DNA of 64,000 nt, the filler included, from Piptocephalis cylindrospora (lineage: Eukaryota), in NCBI GenBank assembly GCA_003614145.1. It is 4 parts of 4 records of this genome, joined end to end, with 100 filler letters (N's around TTAATTAATTAA, not from the genome) between each part and the next. Parts side by side here need not be neighbours in the genome. Positions count along the whole stretch, not along the records: positions 51,696 to 64,000 come from KZ987973.1; 3 more parts are not named here. The stretch is one strand, 5' to 3'. Shown here piece by piece: positions 57,337-64,000 of the stretch (position 1 is the stretch's first letter; every line of letters starts with the position of its first letter). Both the position numbers and the translations under genes were made by a program. The notes under the pieces were generated by a model. The model was not told the DNA's origin, ran no database searches, and was given only the letters and a program-made list of their open reading frames with translations.

Positions 57337-60300
57337 CTAAACCACCACATACTCTCCGAGGTTCATCATGGATCCTCCACTGCCACCTCCCCCTTCCCCG
57401 GAATGCCCTCCAGTGGGTGTGGTCGCGCTGGAGGGGGATGAAGAGGGAGAGGGACTTGGACATGGCCTGGAGGACGCATGACACCCAGAAGGGGATACGC
57501 CATGGTCCAAGGGGGAGGAGGAGGACGATAATGGATCTTTTGGAGGGGAACGGGAAAGAGATACTCTCCTACCCGGAAGAGCTATAGGGGAAGTATGGGA
57601 TGTAGTAGAAGGAGGAGAGGAAGAGGGGGAGGAAACGATCGTCGAGGAGGAGGACATGGCGTTAGAGGGGTTAGCCCGGGGACCGAAAACATCCTCCTCG
57701 TAGTACACAGTAAGTTTAGGAGGAGGAATCCGCGTAACACCGAATACATCCTCTTCGTAGGAGAGACGTCGAAGGGGAGTGGAGGGAATGGATGAGACGG
57801 ACTCTTCCCCCTCCTCCAATGTCTCCCTTTCCCTAAGCGCATCTCTTTCCCTGAGGGCATCTCTTTCTGGTAGGAGCTCCTCAACTTCCTCCTCAAAATC
57901 CTCTTCATCGTCATTCATGAGGAAATCATCCACATCCAAGTGAATACCCCCTCGCCCCTTCCCAGTCCGTTTCCCGGGCTGTCCGGTCCGATGACGGGGT
58001 CGTTCGACGAAATTTTTTCGGAGTAAGAGAGAAGGCTCCTTCTTACCAAGGAGAGAGGAAGGAGGGAGGGAGGGAGGAGGAGGGGTGGATCGGCCAGGGG
58101 GTTTGCAGGGGGCTAAGGGTATCTTTCTCCTCTTTTTCCATCCTCCAGACACTCCAGTCACACCACTTCCAGGCACCTTTCTTCCCCAGTCAATCCCCAT
58201 TCCCTCTTCCTCCTGTTTCCCCTCCTCTTCCTCCTCTTCTCCAACGTCCCGAACCTGACCGCTCCCTTCATGATCTACATCCAACCAGCTGCATTCAATA
58301 AAATGCTGTTGCCTCCGTTCATCTTCCTCCCGATCTATGCTTCTTCGGGATCTTGCCCTCCTGGTCAAGCTCTCACGGGCACTCCCTTGGGCATTGGTGA
58401 CGGGCGCCAATCCCTTAGGATGTTGACTTTGTACACCCTTACTTTTTCCTGTCTTTCCTCCCTCATCCTTTTCCCCTTCCTCTTTCTCCTCCTCCTCGAT
58501 CCCTGTGCTTTCCCGTTCCACCCAGCCAGTACCTCTTCGTAAATGGATCCAAGCCTCCCGTAGGATACGACCTCGACGTCGGTCTACTAAGGCCCTTGCC
58601 CTCTCCTGCCATCGTGCGCCATCTCGACTGCAGTAGACGATCATAGGAGGCTGCCTTGGAATGGGATCCCCTGGGCCTGCGGACAAGGCCCTGAGTAGGG
58701 CGGTATGGTCGGTGGAAGGGAAATAATACCCGGACCAAAGAGTAATTTCCCTTGGTCCGGTCTTTGGTCTGATTACTCCATCCTTCCAGCTGGATGGGAA
58801 GATGAGAACGTGAGATATCTTCTTTCATCCCTCTTTCGCCCTCTACCATAGAATGGTCAGCAGGACCCAAATGTAAAAACTTACCTATTCATCAGGGTGG
58901 GCCTTTCATAAACGGTGTTGACAAACCAAGCCCGGTGCTCCGATACCCAACCCCAAAGGGACCTGGTTCTTTGACGTAAGCCCATGGATTGACGTTGCCT
59001 CTCATTATCACAAAGAAAATCGCCAAAGCCTCCCCAACCACCAGAGGCCCAGGCAAGGCAGAGGAGGAGAGGTTCGCCAAACTCAAAGGCTGTGGGATGC
59101 TGACGTTGCAAGTGGTAGACGCAGTTGAGGAAGAGGAGAAAGATGGGGGAGGGGGAAGCTAAAGTAGTGGGCTCCCCGGAACCCGGGGTAGGGAGAAGGG
59201 AATGGTGGTGATGGGGAGAAAGAGGGGGAGGAGGATGATGTGAGTCTAGGACTCTACCCCTCCCGTATTCTCCTCCTCCAGTTGCCCCGGTCCAGTGGGG
59301 ATGGGAAGTTGGGGTGGAGAGAGAAGGGGACATGGGAGTGGAAAGGGCCCGTTCCAGAGGAAGGGCAGTTCGACCTTCCCGATGATACTGCCCTTGAGCC
59401 CTTTGGGAGGACGTGGGCACGGAGGGGCCAGGCATCATTAGATCAGGCCCATTAAACCTCCTTGCCCTTCCACCCCCTCCCTCCTCCTCTCCCATCATCC
59501 TATTCAGTGTCTCTCCCCCCTCCTCCTCAGCCCCTATTCCACATCCCTTGCCCTCGGGACGAAAGGGGTAGCCGGCACGAGCGGCAAAGGGATGGCCAAA
59601 GGCTAGCCAATCCTTCTCGATCAGAGTCTGAAAGCCCTCGATGGTACGGTAATGGGGGTCTAACATGATCTGAGCCAGAGAAACCAATTGGGTAGTACGA
59701 TCCCATCCATCCGTGCAATGAACGAGGACAGAGGCCCCGTGTTTAACGATTTGTTCCACTACACTGGCTCCTCCTAGTCCCTTTCTCCCTCCCCCCCCTG
59801 CCTCCGTGTCCACATCCTTGGAGGAGGAAGAGGAAGAGGAGGAAGAAGAGGAGGTGGATGAAGAGGAGGAGGGGGGTCTGTGGGACCCGGCGTGCTTCCT
59901 TCCCCCACCCCCCTCATCCTCTCCTCCTGCCCTCCGTGGGCCTAAGCCCTCACCGCCCGCAGCAGCCAGGACTTGGGCGACATGACCAAGCCATCCGGTC
60001 TGTTCAAGAATAGAGTACCATCGAGGGGTGGAGGAGGAAGAAGCCGAGACAGCGCGGAGGAGGGAGGAGTGAGAAGAGGCAATAGAGTGGACATTGGCCA
60101 AGGAGAGGAATTCGAGTCGGGTCCCCTTGTAAGCATCCCCTTTTTCGTATCCGCCACCAGCAGCAGCATTGGCCATGGCGGCAGCATAACTTCGAGCATC
60201 CAAAATCCATACACGAGCCGAGGAAGAGGAGGATAGATGGGTAGACCTTGCATACTTCCCTGAGGTGGCCGAGGAGGGAGGGGCGGTCAGACGACCGATC

Positions 60301-61869
60301 AACCACTCGTCCTCCGGACTACGGGCGCCCAGTAGGCCACATAAGGGTTGAGCGGAACGCATGATCATCTGGGATCCATGAGGGTTTTTCCACACCAAGG
60401 CAGGGAATCTGCCCCGAGTGCGAAAGGAGGCGAGACGAAGATGAAAGGGCTCCAAGACTTCCTCCCCCTCATCCCTAGAGCCTTCTCGGGAAGCTCCACG
60501 GGAGGTAGACCAGTGACTTCGATCTGCCCAGGAAAGGGTGTGATGACGACGGGGAAGGATGATCTCGGGAGGATAGGAGGGGGATAGATGGTAGGACCGG
60601 TTGGATTGGTCTACGCACCAGTCCTGGGAGTTAAGGCGCATGCGCTGAAACTCTCGTTTGGCCCGGTAAGCACCTGGACCCTCCCATCCTAGGAGGGCCC
60701 GTACCTTACGGGCTTCTCGTCTTCTCCTTTGTCGAAAATTGTGGACACGAGAATCCATCTCTCTTACCTCCATATTTTCGAATTTGATGGTAAGGCTATT
60801 ACCCCGCCTTTCTCTACCCTTTCCCAAGTCTTTTGGAGAGGAGACGGAGGAGGAGGAAGAAGAAGAAGAAGATCGTCTACGACGTTGGTGGGGTAAGAGT
60901 TCGTCGGGGGAATTACAGTGTCCCATCTTGTCCATCCGAATGGTGATATCCCCATCATCGTCGCTCTCCTCTTCCTCTTCTTCCTCCTCTTCATGACTCG
61001 TATCATCCCTTTTTTCCTCGTCCTCCTCATCTTCCTCTTCATCACTTTCCTCCTCGTCTTCCTCCTCCTCATTCAACTTCTTCGTGTCCTCCTTCGTGGT
61101 GGAGGTGGGGGTATAGCCCACTCCACTCATCCAGCCTACCTCGTCAAACTCCCAGGATTTTTCTTGAGAAGTCTTTCCTTTAAGGGAAAGAACACCCTTG
61201 GCAGCGTTGGCTAAAATGGAGGAGCCGTACATGAAAGGGAAAGTGCCGATGAGCCCTGTGTCCGAGGGGGGCGTGATACATCGACGCCACCTCCGGACAA
61301 AGCTCTGACACTGATTACGAGCCTCACGCTTCCGGGAGTATGGGGTATTTCTGGAAGCGGTGAGATGGGGGATGATGGAAGAGGCCGAGGGGGAGGATGA
61401 GGTGGAGGAGGGGTGTGGAGGATATATCCTCCCAGGACCTTCCTGACCCCATCCCATATCCATGTTCATGGCGGAAGTACGGGCGACAGCAGTACCGGTG
61501 GAGAGGGAGGGGGATGAGGTAGGGGAAGAGGATGAGGAGGAAGCGGCCGATACGGCAGCCGAGGCCAATGAGGGATGCGGGCCAAGGAAGCGAAAGTGGA
61601 GGAATCGAGCATCGAATCGCGTATGAACAGTGCATTCAGCCCCCGAACATTCTAGGCTCGAGACGGCCAGATGGGGAAGTTCGATGGGGGCTTTGATCGG
61701 GTCGACCGAAAATATGATGCGGTAATTGGTGAGGAGTAGACGGGTGGGAGGTGGTGGGGACTGGTTAATGTTGGGAGGAAGGGGAGAAAGGGATGAGTGA
61801 GGAGAGTGATCCTTTTGTTTGAATGTACATCCCTCCATGAACCATTTACTCTCCCGTCCCCTCCCTCCC

Positions 61870-61906
<37 letters not shown>

Positions 61907-62294
61907 GACTTACGTGATGAAGATCCTTAGTGGACAGATGAACATCTCCATCATCAAGGATGGATTTTTCTAGCCTCACGGTATCCTCTTCCACCTGATG
62001 AAGGATCCTTTCACCAGGGAGGGCCGTGACCCCCAAGGCCGCGAGGATATTGGCATGCGAGGGCTGGGGGCTGGGATGTGGATCGATCGCCGAGGCCAGT
62101 CCATCATGACATGACCCCTCCCAAGGCGTCAAGGAGCCCCTCGTGGGACTTTGGGTGGGGAGGTGGAAGGTGGGGTATTCGGAGGTTGGGGTGCGTGGGG
62201 CTGATGGGGAGGGGGAGGTGACGGAGGAAGAAGTAGAGGAGACGGAGGAGGAGGAGGAGGAGCCAAAGGCAAAGCTTGACCAGAGACTATCCAT
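57337..62294 (-). CDS. Myotubularin-family PI3P phosphatase (Ymr1/MTMR-like) with long low-complexity insertions, 3 exons
   Basis: GRAM-like LLLTNYRIIF, SYPPEIILP, FRTRGRFPAL, RSAQPL, catalytic VLVHCTDGWDRT, LDPHYRTIEGF, EKDWLAFGHPF, QHPTAFEF. Confidence 0.92.
61871..61902. repeat. (AG)16 microsatellite within myotubularin intron 1
   Basis: Direct observation; similar dinucleotide tracts near 21213, 52918 and 63043. Confidence 0.9.
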
Positions 62295-64000
62295 GGGAAA
62301 TGGAGCTTTTGATGGGGAAAAGAGAAGGTGGAGGGGGAAACCAAGAAGCGGTGGGGATGGGTGAAATCAAGCCGTTGATCCAAGGGTACAGGGTCAGGGG
62401 TGATGTGATGGATGATCGAGGGGGGAAGGCCAGTGCGGGGGGATGAGCCCAGAGATGACAGAATGAAGGAATTGAGGGGAGAAGCTCGATCCTGAAAAAA
62501 CACAGATGAGAAGGTGGTGGATGAGATGGGAGCAAGCAGCAAGGGAAGCCAGGATGGATCCGTGGAGGCGGGGGGGAACGTCGTGGTGAAAAAAGACTGC
62601 TCAGACGGGAAGAAAAGGTGTAGAGGGAAACTCTGTTGATGGTGTTCACTGGGGATGCAGTACGCCTTCGACTCCTTCCGTTAAAAAAAAGTTATCTGAA
62701 GATAAGATGGATGGGGGTGAGGGAGGGAGGGAGGGAGGAAGGAGGGGGTCAGAGGAACGGTGTGTATATGAAGGGGGGAAAGGGTGCGGGGAAAAAGAGA
62801 CGAGGGAAGGAAGGGAGGGAGGGAAGGAAGAAAGAGGGAGAGCGGAGTGGCTGTCGTGGTGTCATGGCACAGTCGTTGAATAGGAGGGGGTAAAAACGGT
62901 GAGCATTATACGCCTTTAAGGGAGGCTAGTGGCTTCCTTCCGGGGAGGGGAATAGGGGGATCATTATGCGTGCGTATCTCCCTTCCCCACTCGATAAGTG
63001 AATGTGGGTGTGGATGGGTAGATGTGTGAGTGAGCGAGTGTATGTGTGTGTGTGTGTGTGTGCTTATGAAGGGGATCATCGTTTTTCTTCCTCTGCCCAA
63101 CAGGGAAGAGGATGATGTGGTCGACAAGGCAGGTCCTACCCACCCCTTACTAATGCGGACATCCGAGACCTCTGAAAGATGGTTGGATGCCAGTTTCTCA
63201 GTCGTTTATGGGGAAAGTGGGCTCGTGTCAATGGGAAAATGGACTCATACTCTCTCCTCATCCATCCTCAGACTCTCCTCTCGCTTCTTCATACACAACA
63301 CACACCCACCCACATAGATATGAGGACCTTGCTCTTTCCTCTTTTGACATGAGGGTGTGGTATGAGGAGTGAGACCAGCGGGAATGAGGAAGATTGATCC
63401 GCAGTGTGTGTGCTCTTTCTAGTACAATCGACCGTTCCCTTGCCCTTATCCCCTCACTCTCCGTCCCTTTACTCTGAGTAGGGATGAGATGCATGTGAGG
63501 GGGGACGAGCGGTAGTGTGGGGTGTGGTGTTACGTGTACACTCGAATGTTATTGCTGGAGAGAGAAAGCACACACACGCTCACCCGCCCATCTATTCCGT
63601 GCCCTTTCCCCGCTAATCTAATGCTCCGTCGTGTGTGTGTGACCAGCACTGGAGAGACGGATGGGGAGGGCGGGCATGGAAGTGGTATCGGAGTGCGCGG
63701 GGCTTGAGCGGATATTGATGTGGACCGATGAGTGGTCAAGTCTCCTTCCCCTCACACATTCTGACGGCTGGTTGATCCGCGGGTATATCTCAGCTCACTA
63801 CATCTTCTCTCCCAAGCCATTTTGGGATGACCCGTGGGGATGACCCGTGGGGATGACGAGGGGGGTGCCAGTATATTTAGGGGGGGGGGGGGGGGGGGGG
63901 GGGCCATTATTAAACCTCAGAGAAAAAATTTTTTTTTAATTTTTTCTTTTTAACACCTTGTGTATTTTTTTTTTGGGTTTGGGGGGAGGGAGTGTGCCGG

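Noticed and set aside
63825..64000. 13-bp tandem GGATGACCCGTGG plus poly-G and T-runs as a telomere
   Set aside because: Only about 2.5 copies, followed by low-complexity sequence typical of degraded read ends

Overview
Eukaryotic, intron-rich fungal DNA. Short GT-AG introns with CTAAC/CTGAC-type branch sites and the gene set suggest an early-diverging fungus, possibly Zoopagomycota such as the mycoparasite Piptocephalis (inference only). The window is four unrelated contigs joined by artificial 100-bp linkers (44N-TTAATTAATTAA-44N) at 17205-17304, 34458-34557 and 51596-51695, so adjacency across linkers has no meaning. Most genes are housekeeping: CDC37, TatD, TMEM97/EXPERA, clathrin light chain, NSL1/Mis14, PFS2/WDR33, PHAF1/UPF0183, an SDR, GCP5, a TFIIIC subunit, an FG nucleoporin, a twin-CX9C protein, NDUFA6, SDS22, PRP17, MPC1, WSS1, a formin, GRS1, RPS12 and a myotubularin. 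Contig 2 has a 5,723-bp inverted duplication of its own start, with junction microhomology typical of an amplification (MDA) chimera. The most interesting biological signal is a secreted, probably GPI-anchored chitin-deacetylase-fold (CE4) protein. Its catalytic and metal-binding residues are replaced while the domain ORF stays intact, and its signal peptide is out of frame through a C9 run. Weaker leads are a nested RNA structure at 791-937, an Atg8-interacting-like motif ending the myotubularin, a formin with an N-terminal ubiquitin-like segment, and several unusual introns. I saw no CRISPR array, tRNA, rRNA or transposon. Exon boundaries were read by eye.
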